Assembly: GCA_041299015.1 (NCBI GenBank)
Contig: JBFYWB010000084.1
Span: 17,049-81,048 of the forward strand
Length of the DNA: 64,000 nt
Direction of reading: 5' to 3'
Source of the DNA: Deltaproteobacteria bacterium
GTDB lineage: Bacteria; Desulfobacterota; Desulfobacteria; Desulfobacterales; SG8-13
Below the pieces are notes generated by a model that was not told where the DNA came from, made no database searches, and was given only the letters and a program-made list of their open reading frames with translations. This document shows positions 20,658 through 30,233 of this stretch, piece after piece; the stretch's first letter is position 1; each line of letters starts with the position of its first letter. A program made the position numbers and the translations under genes.

Positions 20658-20735
20658 ATAAAGAAGAGGTGCGGCAGGGTTTATCCTAATTCTGAATGGC
20701 GGCCTTGACACCAAAATCAAAGAGGAGTGCTACAA

Positions 20736-21041
20736 ATGGAAAAACCGGAACATCATATTTTCGTCTGTGCCAGTTTTCGTGCCGACGGCAACCCCAAGGG
20801 CGTCTGCCGTAAAAAAGGGTCGGTGGCGCTTTTGCCTTACATTGAAAACGAGATTCTCGACCGTGGTCTGAACGCCCAGATCACCAGCACCGGCTGCATG
20901 AAGGCCTGCGACTTCGGCCCCGTGATGGTTATCCAGCCCAAGGGACTCTGGTACGGCAATGTGGATAGCGAAGATGCCGTGAATGCAATCCTGGACGCCC
21001 TGGAGGATGGGGAAGTTATCGAAAATCGCCTGATCACATAG
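20736..21041 (+). CDS. Thioredoxin-like [2Fe-2S] ferredoxin
   Basis: HIFVC...C...GCMKACDFGP four-Cys pattern; GAGGAG RBS; follows nifB. Confidence 0.9.
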   Translation: MEKPEHHIFVCASFRADGNPKGVCRKKGSVALLPYIENEILDRGLNAQITSTGCMKACDFGPVMVIQPKGLWYGNVDSEDAVNAILDALEDGEVIENRLIT

Positions 21042-21094
21042 CGGACGTCTATCCCGCAGGACAGCGGAAAAAGAAAGATATAAGGAAGACCACC

Positions 21095-21257
21095 ATGCAG
21101 ATTCAATTGGTGGCTCTGCTCAAAGAAAAAGGGAATCAGCCTGCCGTCTGCTGAAGCCGTGAAGCTGCGGGCTCGGATTCATGAAGTCGCCCGCCCCAAA
21201 AAAGCCGCCCTCACGAAAGCCGAAGTGCTCGATCTCTACAATCGGAGGGCGAGATAA
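21095..21257 (+). pseudogene. nifV: Probable nifV (homocitrate synthase) relic: short N-terminal stub joined to the C-terminal helix region, with a 1-nt frameshift
   Basis: AAGGAAG RBS, ATG 21095 gives MQIQLVALLKEKG; +1 shift at AAAAAGGG gives ISLPSAEAVKLRARIHEVARPKKAALTKAEVLDLYNRRAR*, resembling NifV C-termini; sits where nifV is expected. Confidence 0.65.
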
Positions 21258-21263
21258 CCGGTC

Positions 21264-21578
21264 TTATTTCTTGACGATCTGCGTTTCGATCTGGTCGGCC
21301 AAATTCAGGGCGGCATTCATGGCGTCGTTGACCTTGAACAGCATCACTTTCAGCGTTTTCAGCGATGCCGGCGTCGCCACGATCTTTTCCTTGCCGGCAA
21401 GCAAACTTTGGAGTCCCGCGGCGCGTTCGGCCAATCCGTTCAGGTTCGAGGCAAAGGCGCCGATTTCCTCAGCCCATTTTTTCCGTTCTTCTTCCGGGAA
21501 AACGACCCGATTGTTCCCCATGCCTTCTTCAAGAATATCGATGCCATAATCCTCTGCGTCTGCAATGATTTCGTACAT
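21264..21578 (-). CDS. Hypothetical helical protein (104 aa)
   Basis: GAGGAAGG RBS upstream, normal codon pattern, no competing gene. Confidence 0.7.
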   Translation of the reverse strand: MYEIIADAEDYGIDILEEGMGNNRVVFPEEERKKWAEEIGAFASNLNGLAERAAGLQSLLAGKEKIVATPASLKTLKVMLFKVNDAMNAALNLADQIETQIVKK

Positions 21579-21925
21579 GGTTAATTGTCCTTCCTCAAAT
21601 TGATCTTTTTCATTTTTATCTGAATTTATCTGGTCCCATCTATCCAGACAAGTGTTTTTTATCCTCAGAGGTCGGTATTATTCGAAATTCCGCATGTCCT
21701 TTCGTATTCAGGATGGGGCCGGTCGGGGTCATTTGACATTTATGGGCAAATGCGGAGCGTTGCTAATTTAAACCTCACAATGGTATAATATTTATTTCGT
21801 TTTAATTGTCGACAATCGGTGGGTTTTTCGCGACCTCAAGCGGCTCAAGAATATCCATATTTTCACCCGGTAGTGATTTTGTTTGTGATAATACCATTGC
21901 ACCTGTGAACACGAGAGGGAAAAAC

Positions 21926-22960
21926 ATGAAGGAGCTTCACTTTACCCCCACCAACGGCCCCGTCGATGACGCCATCGAGCGTCTGATGAATATCGCAGGT
22001 GGGATTCAGCAGCGCGACATTATCCGTGAAATGATCCTGGCGTCGCTCAAAGCCGGCCAGGAAGACGACCGCAAAGCTGATTTGAAATTGATGAACACGT
22101 CCCTTAAAGAGATGCGGTTCACCTCCAAGGTATTCGGACCTTATCGCCATAAAAAGAAGGTGACCGTGTTCGGATCGGCACGGATAAAACCCGAGGAACC
22201 CCTGTATGCGATGGCACGGGAACTAGGCCGCGAACTGGTCGCTGCGAACTACATGGTGATAACAGGCGGCGGCCCCGGGATCATGCAGGCGGTTAACGAA
22301 GGCGCGGGGCCTGAGCATTCATTCGGTGTCAATATTCGCCTGCCTTTCGAACAGAAACCCAATCCGGTCATCGACGGCAACCCCCGCCACATCATGTACA
22401 AATACTTTTTCAACCGCAAGGTGGCCTTCTTGAAGGAGGCCCATGCCGTCACCCTTTTCCCGGGCGGCTTCGGAACCCTGGATGAGGCCATGGAAAGCAT
22501 CACGCTCGTGCAAACCGGCAAACGGTACTCCCTGCCGCTCATCCTTATTGATGAACCGGGCGGAAGATACTGGTCCCAGTGCCTGGAGTTTTTCGAAAGA
22601 GAGTTGCTGAAACGCCACCTCATCAGCGCGTCCGACTTCAATCATATCGAGCGGGTCGATTCGGTCTCAAAAGCCGTCGAGCGGATCAACCATTTCTATC
22701 GCCGATATCACAGCCTGCGGTATGTCAACGGCCGCCTGGTCATTCGCCTGAATTCACCCATCGAACCATGGATTGTCGCAGACTTGATGCATCAATTCGC
22801 CGGTATTTTGCAGCCCGGCGGCAAAATCGTACTCTCGGAAGCCCTGCCCGAGGAGAAAGATGAACCGGATATCGCTCACCTCCAGCGACTGGTGATCGAC
22901 TTCAAGCAGGGTGATTTCGGCAGGTTGAGGAAACTCATCGACAGTCTCAACGATTCTTGA
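21926..22960 (+). CDS. LOG-family (TIGR00730-like) nucleotide phosphoribohydrolase, long form
   Basis: VTVFGSAR, ITGGGPGIM, PGGFGTLDE motifs; GAGGG RBS. Confidence 0.88.
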   Translation: MKELHFTPTNGPVDDAIERLMNIAGGIQQRDIIREMILASLKAGQEDDRKADLKLMNTSLKEMRFTSKVFGPYRHKKKVTVFGSARIKPEEPLYAMARELGRELVAANYMVITGGGPGIMQAVNEGAGPEHSFGVNIRLPFEQKPNPVIDGNPRHIMYKYFFNRKVAFLKEAHAVTLFPGGFGTLDEAMESITLVQTGKRYSLPLILIDEPGGRYWSQCLEFFERELLKRHLISASDFNHIERVDSVSKAVERINHFYRRYHSLRYVNGRLVIRLNSPIEPWIVADLMHQFAGILQPGGKIVLSEALPEEKDEPDIAHLQRLVIDFKQGDFGRLRKLIDSLNDS

Positions 22961-23000
22961 GGCTTTACGAGGGCGAGCTTTCCTGAAGCGGCACCCCTGC

Positions 23001-24170
23001 TCATGGCTCATTTCGCAGCGCTTTGAGGTCGACGAGGACAAACCGCGGACGGTAAACGTCTGCATTTCGATAGGCGGCCTCGGCGTCACGGATGTGATTC
23101 AGGTTGTAGGAGACCAGCAAGCGGCCCTGAGGCGACAGGTGTGGATGCGCCAAAGCATTATAGGCGACGATGTCGCCTTTTGCTTCCGGCGGGCGGTAGA
23201 GGAGTGACTTCAGGGACCAGGGGCCGTTTGGCGAGGGTGAATCGTAGGCGACTATGGCGCTGTCAAAGGGGTTCCGGTTGTCGGAGGTGATCAGCACGTA
23301 GCGATCGCCGGTCTTGATGACGCTGAACTGCTGCGCCGCGCCGGAAAAAAGTCGTTTTGACGCCAGCGGGTCGGCGGTCCATTCTTCTCCATTCCAGTAT
23401 GCCCAGGCATCGTCGAGCCGCCCGGAATCTGTCTTGGCGATGTGGACATGCTTGGCACTCGGCAAATCTTCGACACCGTAGATGTAAGTCAAATCGGCAT
23501 CTTCTAAAAGTGCCGCGCCGTATATCACGCGGTTGGCCGCTACTACAGCCGTGACCCTCTCCAATCTCAACTCCGGCAGTGAAAAAGTTCCAATGTCGGT
23601 TCCACTCCAGCGCCAGTCCCACATGCCCGGTCCGGTGGCGCTGAATCGGGGCAGAAAGACGCGCAGCCGGTTTCCCTCGACCAGGCCGTCCGAGGGCCAG
23701 TACCACGATCCTTTCTCGTGCGGCGTGACAAAGGCGTGGGGAGAAGCCGAGTTGCCGCCGTGCAAGGTCACAAGGGTGGCACCGCTTTGGACCACAAAGG
23801 TGTTACGAACCATCGGGGTCGAGTGGGGACGGCTGCGATCCGGCCCGACTGCCCCAAGAAAGGTATCACCGAACAGCCACAGAATCCGGCCTTCCGGCAG
23901 CGGCACCGACCGGGTGCCGTCGCCGCCGGTCCAACCGCCGTCGCGGCGTGTGAAGAGGTCGTTGTAAAACCGGTCCGGTGCGGCAGGGGGGAAGAGGTCG
24001 CTCGCCTCGTTGCGCCGCCCGGCGTCAACCCGTTCGGCAGGGACGACCGGCCGAGCGCAGCCCGCGACAGTCCAGAGGGTCCATAGGAGAAACGCCAGCA
24101 AAACGGCTGCAACAGCCCGCCGGAATTTGTCCTCATCGGCATACCGGCGCCCAGGGGCGATCGACTGCAT
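23001..24170 (-). CDS. DUF4185/DUF5005-like beta-propeller lipoprotein
   Basis: Hydrophobic leader with VAGC lipobox; GWTGGDG...LWLFGDTF, WYWP, YGAA, YNA..HP motifs. Confidence 0.7.
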   Translation of the reverse strand: MQSIAPGRRYADEDKFRRAVAAVLLAFLLWTLWTVAGCARPVVPAERVDAGRRNEASDLFPPAAPDRFYNDLFTRRDGGWTGGDGTRSVPLPEGRILWLFGDTFLGAVGPDRSRPHSTPMVRNTFVVQSGATLVTLHGGNSASPHAFVTPHEKGSWYWPSDGLVEGNRLRVFLPRFSATGPGMWDWRWSGTDIGTFSLPELRLERVTAVVAANRVIYGAALLEDADLTYIYGVEDLPSAKHVHIAKTDSGRLDDAWAYWNGEEWTADPLASKRLFSGAAQQFSVIKTGDRYVLITSDNRNPFDSAIVAYDSPSPNGPWSLKSLLYRPPEAKGDIVAYNALAHPHLSPQGRLLVSYNLNHIRDAEAAYRNADVYRPRFVLVDLKALRNEP

Positions 24171-24331
24171 CCGCTGCTCCTGATGATGGGATAAACCTCT
24201 GAACCCAAGCGGCCCTCTATCCGCGATCGATCTCCTTGGTTTTGGGGATTGCCAAGGGCTTCGAACTCCAGAGGCATCTCGAGACCGAAATGCTGACGCA
24301 AATTCCGGCCTAGGAACAGGTCGCCGGCTGC

Positions 24332-25333
24332 TTAAAATTTGATACCCACATCGCCGGCAAAGTGACAGGCCGCAAAATGACGGGCGTCGATTTCCCGCAG
24401 AGCCGGCACCTCCCGGCTGCAGAGATCACGGGCATAGATGCAGCGGGTGTGAAACCGACATCCCGAGGGCGGATCGATCGGGCTGGGGACATCACCCTTG
24501 AGGATGATGCGCTGGTGTTTGCGCTTCGGGTCCGGCATCGGGGAGGCCGAGAGCAGGGCCTGTGAGTAGGGGTGCAGCGGCTTTTTGTAAAGTTCCTTGC
24601 TGGGGGCCAACTCGACGATCTTGCCCAGGTACATTACCGCCACACGGTCGCTGACGTATTCGACCACGTGCAGGTCGTGCGAAATAAAAAGGTACGTCAA
24701 ACCGAATTCCTGCTGCAGGTCCTTGAGCAGGTTGAGCACCTGGGCCTGGATCGAGACGTCCAGGGCCGAAACCGCCTCATCACAGACGATCAGTTCGGGA
24801 TTCAGCGCCAAGGCCCTGGCGATACCTATCCGCTGTCGTTGACCGCCCGAGAACATATGCGGATAACGCCGCATCTGCTCCGGCCGCAAGCCGACGACGT
24901 TGAGCAGGTAGAGCACCCGCTCCTCCCTTTGTTTTCTATTTTTAATGCCGTGAACCACCAATGGTTCGCCGATGATCTGGGCGATCGTCTTGCGCGGGTT
25001 CAGGGAGGAAAACGGATCTTGAAAGATGATTTGCATCTGTTTGCGCAGGGCGCGCATTTTTTTCGGATTGCAGGCCAGGATGTTTTGACCCTTGAAGAGC
25101 ACTTCTCCGGCGGTCGGTTCCTCCAGCCGCAGAATGGCGCGGCCGAAAGTCGTTTTGCCGCAGCCGGATTCGCCGACCAGCCCCAAGGTTTCACCGGAGC
25201 GCACCGCCAGGCTCACGCCGTCGAGGGCCCTCACCGCCGCCACCTCTTTCAAGAACACACCTGCACGGATGGGATAGTGTTTTACGAGATGTCTGGCTTC
25301 CACCAGAGGGGGGCTCTGGCTGTTTTCAGGCAT
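24332..25333 (-). CDS. dppF: Dipeptide ABC transporter ATP-binding subunit
   Basis: [26 protein letters not shown]-terminal C-RFHTRC. Confidence 0.9.
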   Translation of the reverse strand: MPENSQSPPLVEARHLVKHYPIRAGVFLKEVAAVRALDGVSLAVRSGETLGLVGESGCGKTTFGRAILRLEEPTAGEVLFKGQNILACNPKKMRALRKQMQIIFQDPFSSLNPRKTIAQIIGEPLVVHGIKNRKQREERVLYLLNVVGLRPEQMRRYPHMFSGGQRQRIGIARALALNPELIVCDEAVSALDVSIQAQVLNLLKDLQQEFGLTYLFISHDLHVVEYVSDRVAVMYLGKIVELAPSKELYKKPLHPYSQALLSASPMPDPKRKHQRIILKGDVPSPIDPPSGCRFHTRCIYARDLCSREVPALREIDARHFAACHFAGDVGIKF

Positions 25334-26300
25334 ATTTCAAACACCGTGCCGTGTGGTTGTGGCCGACACCGTACATGTCAGGTTCGATACGGCGGCAATC
25401 GTCGAAGACATCCGGACAACGGTCATTGAACAGACAGCCGTCCGGCAGGTCGAACAGCGAGGGGACCACGCCCGTTATGGTGCTCAAACGACCGTCACGG
25501 GTTTTATGGCCGAGGACCGGAATCGAATTCATCAAGCCCACGGTGTAAGGATGTTTGGGATCGGAGAAAAGCGTATCCACATCGGCGTATTCCATCATCT
25601 TGCCGGCGTACATCACCGCCACATGTTGGGCCATTTCGGCAATCACGCCCAAATCGTGGGTGATGAAGAGGATAGCGGCGCCGGTTTCTGCCTTGAGCTT
25701 GTTCATCAGGTCCAGAATCTGGGCTTGGATCGTGACATCGAGCGCCGTGGTCGGTTCGTCGGCAATCATCAGTTGGGGATGGCAGGCCAGGGCCATGGCG
25801 ATCATCACCCGTTGGCGCATGCCACCGCTCATCTGATGGGGGTAGTCTCCCAGCCGCTTCAGCGGTGCCGGGATGCCGACCAATTGGAATATTTCCGCGA
25901 CACGCCGACGCGTATCCTTGCGGGAGAGGCGCTGATGCAGGCGGATGACCTCGCCGACCTGCTCGCCCACCGTGAACACCGGGTTCAGTGAGGTCATCGG
26001 CTCTTGAAAAATCATCGAAATGCGGTTGCCGCGAATGCGACGCATTCGGCTCTCGCTGAGTTTCAGAAGATCGGTACCGTCGAAGAGAACCTTGCCGCCG
26101 ACGACCTTGCCGGGCGGCTCGGGTATGAGCTGGATAATGGAATGGGCGGTAACGCTCTTGCCGCAACCGGACTCGCCCACAAGCCCGAGGGTTTGGCCGG
26201 AACCAACCGTCAAACTGACATCATCGACCGCCTTGGCCACTTGGCCGCGGACGAAGAAATAGGTTTTCAGGTGTTGGATATCTAAAAGCATGTTTGCCAC
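25326..26300 (-). CDS. dppD: Dipeptide ABC transporter ATP-binding subunit
   Basis: [25 protein letters not shown]; start at GTG 26300 or ATG 26291. Confidence 0.9.
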   Translation of the reverse strand: MANMLLDIQHLKTYFFVRGQVAKAVDDVSLTVGSGQTLGLVGESGCGKSVTAHSIIQLIPEPPGKVVGGKVLFDGTDLLKLSESRMRRIRGNRISMIFQEPMTSLNPVFTVGEQVGEVIRLHQRLSRKDTRRRVAEIFQLVGIPAPLKRLGDYPHQMSGGMRQRVMIAMALACHPQLMIADEPTTALDVTIQAQILDLMNKLKAETGAAILFITHDLGVIAEMAQHVAVMYAGKMMEYADVDTLFSDPKHPYTVGLMNSIPVLGHKTRDGRLSTITGVVPSLFDLPDGCLFNDRCPDVFDDCRRIEPDMYGVGHNHTARCLKYA

Positions 26301-26313
26301 ATTGCCATGCTGA

Positions 26314-27210
26314 TCAATCTCTCAATCGCGGGTCGAGTGCGTCCCGGAGACCATCGCCCAGCAGGTTGAAACCGAGAACGGCCAACAGGATGGCGATGCC
26401 GGGAAAGGTCATCACCCAGGGAGCGCGCAGAATCAAGCCCCGGCTCCTGGCGATCATGCCGCCCCACTCGGGGGTCGGCGGCTGCGCGCCCAACCCCAGG
26501 AAACTCAGTGCCGCCGCATCCAGGATGGCCGAGGCCATGCTGAGGGTCGTCTGCACGATCAGAGGTCCCATGCAGTTGGGCAGGATGGCCAGAAAGATGA
26601 TCCGCAGATTGCCGGCGCCGATCGAGCGGGCGGCCATGACGTAGTCTTTTTCACTCTCTTCCAGGACGCTGCCGCGAACGATGCGGGCGAAGCGGGGTAC
26701 ATAGGTGATCCCGATGGCGATCATGGCGTTTTGCAGGCTGGGACCCAGGTAGGCGACCACAACGATGGCCAGAAGCAGATAAGGAAAGGCCAGAATCATA
26801 TCCATGATACGCATGATGATGCTGTCGGTCGCTCCTTTATAATACCCGGAAATGGAACCGAGCAACGTGCCGAACACAAACGCCAGACCGACACTGACGA
26901 TCGCAACGATGAGCGAGACCCGTGCTCCGAAAATAATCCGCGAAAGAGTGTCTCGCCCCAACTCGTCGGTACCCAGAATGTATTTTGACGTTCCCTTTTC
27001 ATGCCACAGGGGCGGCTTGAGTTGATCATACAGCTCCGTCTCCAGCGGATCATGGGGGCTGAGCAAGGGCGCAAAAATCGCGGTGAGAAAGAAAACAATG
27101 ATGATCACCAAACCGGCAACGGCGGTCTTGTTGCGCCACAGCTGGCTCATCTGTTCCACCATCGGGTGGCGGAGATGCGGATCTTTATGGTTGTCGCGCG
27201 CGGTCGCCAT
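26314..27210 (-). CDS. dppC: Dipeptide ABC transporter permease
   Basis: [12 protein letters not shown]-type loop [22 protein letters not shown]; start uncertain (ATG 27210 chosen). Confidence 0.88.
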   Translation of the reverse strand: MATARDNHKDPHLRHPMVEQMSQLWRNKTAVAGLVIIIVFFLTAIFAPLLSPHDPLETELYDQLKPPLWHEKGTSKYILGTDELGRDTLSRIIFGARVSLIVAIVSVGLAFVFGTLLGSISGYYKGATDSIIMRIMDMILAFPYLLLAIVVVAYLGPSLQNAMIAIGITYVPRFARIVRGSVLEESEKDYVMAARSIGAGNLRIIFLAILPNCMGPLIVQTTLSMASAILDAAALSFLGLGAQPPTPEWGGMIARSRGLILRAPWVMTFPGIAILLAVLGFNLLGDGLRDALDPRLRD

Positions 27211-27292
27211 AATCAAGTCGACACGAATCTTTCGGTTGTCCCGCTGCAGCCAGCTTGCACTCAGCGTTTTTAGAGCGGCGCAGCCACGTTTC

Positions 27293-27318
27293 ATAAAATC
27301 GCCCCAAGGCGATTTTAT
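27293..27318. repeat. Perfect palindrome (REP-like) between dppB and dppC
   Basis: ATAAAATCGCC-CCAA-GGCGATTTTAT, 11-bp stem. Confidence 0.7.
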
Positions 27319-28322
27319 CACTGCATACTGATTCTCGGGTTAATGACCGCATACAGAACGTCGACGCACAGGTTAATGAGAACAAAGAGGCCGGCAATAA
27401 AAAGCGTGCCGCCTTGGATCACCATGTAGTCTCTCTGCATGACCGCATCGTACATCCACTTGCCCACACCGGGCCAGGCAAATATGGTCTCGGTCAGAAT
27501 GGCACCGCCCAGCAGAACGCCGAACTGAAGGCCGATGGTGGTGACAACCGGTATCAGAGCATTGCGCAGGGCATGTTTGAAGATGACGCTGAAGTTCGAG
27601 AGGCCCTTGGCTTTAGCCGTCTTGATATAGTCCTGGCGCAGGACGTCCAGCATGGCCGAACGGGTCATCCGCGCCACGATGGCCGTGGGAATGGTGCTCA
27701 GTGTCACCGCCGGCATGATGATGTGCCACACGGCATCCCTCAGGGCCGCCCAGTTGCGGGTCAGAACGGCGTCCAGAATATAAAAATTGGTGACGACCTC
27801 CAGATCGATCCCGATGCTCAAGCGTCCCGAGAGCGGCAACCAGCCGAGATTAAGGGAGAAAATCAGCATGAACACCAGCCCCAGCCAGAAAATCGGCATA
27901 CTGACCCCTGCCAGCGCCCCGAGCATACTGATATAATCAAAAATCGAATATTGCCTGGTGGCCGAAATAATCCCTAAAATGACACCGAAGAAACAGCTGA
28001 TGCACAGCGCCACGACGGACAGCTCAATGGTGGCCGGAAACCGTTGGCGCACCTCGGTCCAGACCTTTTGGCGGGTCCAGATGGTTTCCCCCAAATCGCC
28101 TTTCAGCAACCGCTTGAGAAAGAGGCCGTACTGTACATGAAGTGGTTCATTGAGCCCTAAATGTTCTCTCATCTGCGCCAAAGACTCAACCGTGGAGCGT
28201 TCTCCCAAAAGCAACTCCGCCGGGTCGCCGGGCGTCATATGCAACATGAGAAAGACGATGATGGAAACCCCCAGCAGCGTGGGGATCAGGATCAATAATC
28301 TTCGAATCACGTATGCGAGCAT
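27318..28322 (-). CDS. dppB: Dipeptide ABC transporter permease
   Basis: MLAYVIRRLL, PATIEL, DYIKTAKAKGL, ETIFAWPG. Confidence 0.92.
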   Translation of the reverse strand: MLAYVIRRLLILIPTLLGVSIIVFLMLHMTPGDPAELLLGERSTVESLAQMREHLGLNEPLHVQYGLFLKRLLKGDLGETIWTRQKVWTEVRQRFPATIELSVVALCISCFFGVILGIISATRQYSIFDYISMLGALAGVSMPIFWLGLVFMLIFSLNLGWLPLSGRLSIGIDLEVVTNFYILDAVLTRNWAALRDAVWHIIMPAVTLSTIPTAIVARMTRSAMLDVLRQDYIKTAKAKGLSNFSVIFKHALRNALIPVVTTIGLQFGVLLGGAILTETIFAWPGVGKWMYDAVMQRDYMVIQGGTLFIAGLFVLINLCVDVLYAVINPRISMQ

Positions 28323-28389
28323 GGCCGTCGATTTTATCTTTTAGGCAGTGTCCATTCAGGTTTCGCACACGGCAACCAGAAGAGCAAAG

Positions 28390-28426
28390 CCGGTCAAAGG
28401 GGTGAGACCCCCTTCCCTTTGACCGG
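28390..28426 (-). terminator. Stem-loop after dppA (mRNA stabiliser or partial terminator)
   Basis: CCGGTCAAAGGG-N13-CCCTTTGACCGG, 12-bp stem between the SBP and permease genes. Confidence 0.6.
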
Positions 28427-28486
28427 TGCTTATCTTCGACCTCACTTTTTACCGGTTTTATTCAATTGCTTCGTACAATAGGCCGG

Positions 28487-30091
28487 TTATTCCAACCAGA
28501 CGTTCTTCATTCGCACCGAACTGGTGGGGTGTAATTTGAAATTTTGCACATTTTTGAGCGCCGGCCAGATAACCGTCGAGTGGGCTATTGAGATGACCGG
28601 GGCCTCGTCGTAGATCAACTGCTGGGCCTCTTCATATATTTTAGCCCGTTCGCTCTGATCGATGGTCTGGCGACCCTTGACCATGAGTTGGTGATACTTC
28701 TCATTGTGCCACTGGGTCCGGATGGCCTCGGAAGCCAAGCCGTCGAAGAGGACGGCCAGAAAGTTATCCGGATCGCCGTTGTCGCCGGTCCAACCAAGCT
28801 GGAACAAGTCCATGTCCGCCGGCTGTTCCCGCTGGCGTTTCAGGTAGGTCCCCCACTCGAAGGTGACCACCTTGGCCTTGATCCCAATCTTGGCCAAATC
28901 CGCCGCCATGGCTTCGCCGATCTTCAATCCATCCGGATTGTAAGGCCGGGGAACCGGCATCGACCACAGGGTGATTTCGCCCAGTCCGGTTCCATCGGGA
29001 AAACCGGCCTTTTTCATCAGTTCCTTGGCTTTCTGGGGGTCATACGCAAGGCCCGGAACCTTGTCGTTGTATCCCCACATGGTGGGCGGGATCGGATTCT
29101 TGGCAACCTGCCCCATCCCCTGGTAGATGTTGTCCACTATCGCCTTGTTGTTGATCGCATGGGCAATGGCCTTGCGCATGTCGAGGTTGCTCTTCCAAGG
29201 CTCCTTGGTGTGATTGAATGACAGATAGCCGATGTTCATTCCCGGCTGGGTCGGCAGAATAAGGTTTTTGTCTTTTTCCGCCAAGGCGATATCGGCGGGG
29301 TTGGGGAACTGGCAGATATGAATATTACCGGTTTTGAGTTCCAGAAAACGAACCGAGTTTTCCGGGATTGACCTGAAAATGAGCTGGTCCAGGTAAGGCC
29401 CGCCGGATTTGTCCCAGTAGTCCGTATTTTTCTCCAGAATGATCCGGTCGTCCTTGACCCATTTCACGAATTTAAAAGGGCCGGTGCCCACAGGATTTCG
29501 GATGAACTCTTTGGGGTTTGCCATGAATGCCGTGGGGCTGATGATGTCGGCAAAGTCCATTCCCATGTTGGCCAGAAACGGCGCTTCCACCCGTTTGAGC
29601 TTGAAGACCACGGTGAATTCATCCAGCGCCTCGATGGCGCCGACGGTTTCATCCATTTCCATGGACACCCAATACTCCGGCGGTCTCTCCTGGGCCGGGA
29701 TCTCAAGGGGTTTGCCGAAGAACTTCACATTGCGGTCCTTCATCATGCGAGCGATGGAAAACACGACGGCATCGGCATTAAAGGGCGTTTGGTCGTGGAA
29801 TTTGACACCCTTGCGAAGATGGAAGGTATAGGTCAGTCCGTCCGGTGAAATGTCCCAGGACTCGGCCAGGCCGGGCTCTAAGGCAGTCGACTCATCCTTG
29901 TAAAAAACGAGTGCTTCGTAAACGTTGTCGCAGATCATGAACGAGTTTCCGTCGGTCTCGTAAGCCGGGTCCAAACCGACGCTGTCGCCCCCGCGACCGA
30001 ACACGAGGGTCCCGCCCGGTTTGGGCGCCGCAACGGCAGTGCCTGCCAGAACAAGAACGAGTACGCTCATCAAAACCGCCAATCGTTTCAT
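28487..30091 (-). CDS. dppA: Dipeptide ABC transporter substrate-binding protein
   Basis: Signal peptide; family-5 SBP signature LAESWDISPDGLTYTFHLRKGVKFH; GTGPF; WTGDNGDPDNF. Confidence 0.92.
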   Translation of the reverse strand: MKRLAVLMSVLVLVLAGTAVAAPKPGGTLVFGRGGDSVGLDPAYETDGNSFMICDNVYEALVFYKDESTALEPGLAESWDISPDGLTYTFHLRKGVKFHDQTPFNADAVVFSIARMMKDRNVKFFGKPLEIPAQERPPEYWVSMEMDETVGAIEALDEFTVVFKLKRVEAPFLANMGMDFADIISPTAFMANPKEFIRNPVGTGPFKFVKWVKDDRIILEKNTDYWDKSGGPYLDQLIFRSIPENSVRFLELKTGNIHICQFPNPADIALAEKDKNLILPTQPGMNIGYLSFNHTKEPWKSNLDMRKAIAHAINNKAIVDNIYQGMGQVAKNPIPPTMWGYNDKVPGLAYDPQKAKELMKKAGFPDGTGLGEITLWSMPVPRPYNPDGLKIGEAMAADLAKIGIKAKVVTFEWGTYLKRQREQPADMDLFQLGWTGDNGDPDNFLAVLFDGLASEAIRTQWHNEKYHQLMVKGRQTIDQSERAKIYEEAQQLIYDEAPVISIAHSTVIWPALKNVQNFKLHPTSSVRMKNVWLE

Positions 30092-30233
30092 CGCCTACCT
30101 CCTTTGGGTTGCGTGTTGCGTGCGAACGGGCGCACGCCCCCTCTCATCGGTATTCATTGATATTAAAAGGCCGACGGCCGGAATCGGCGGGAGCTGCTTG
30201 TAATTTGCACGGCGCGAAAGCAGACCGGCAGGA

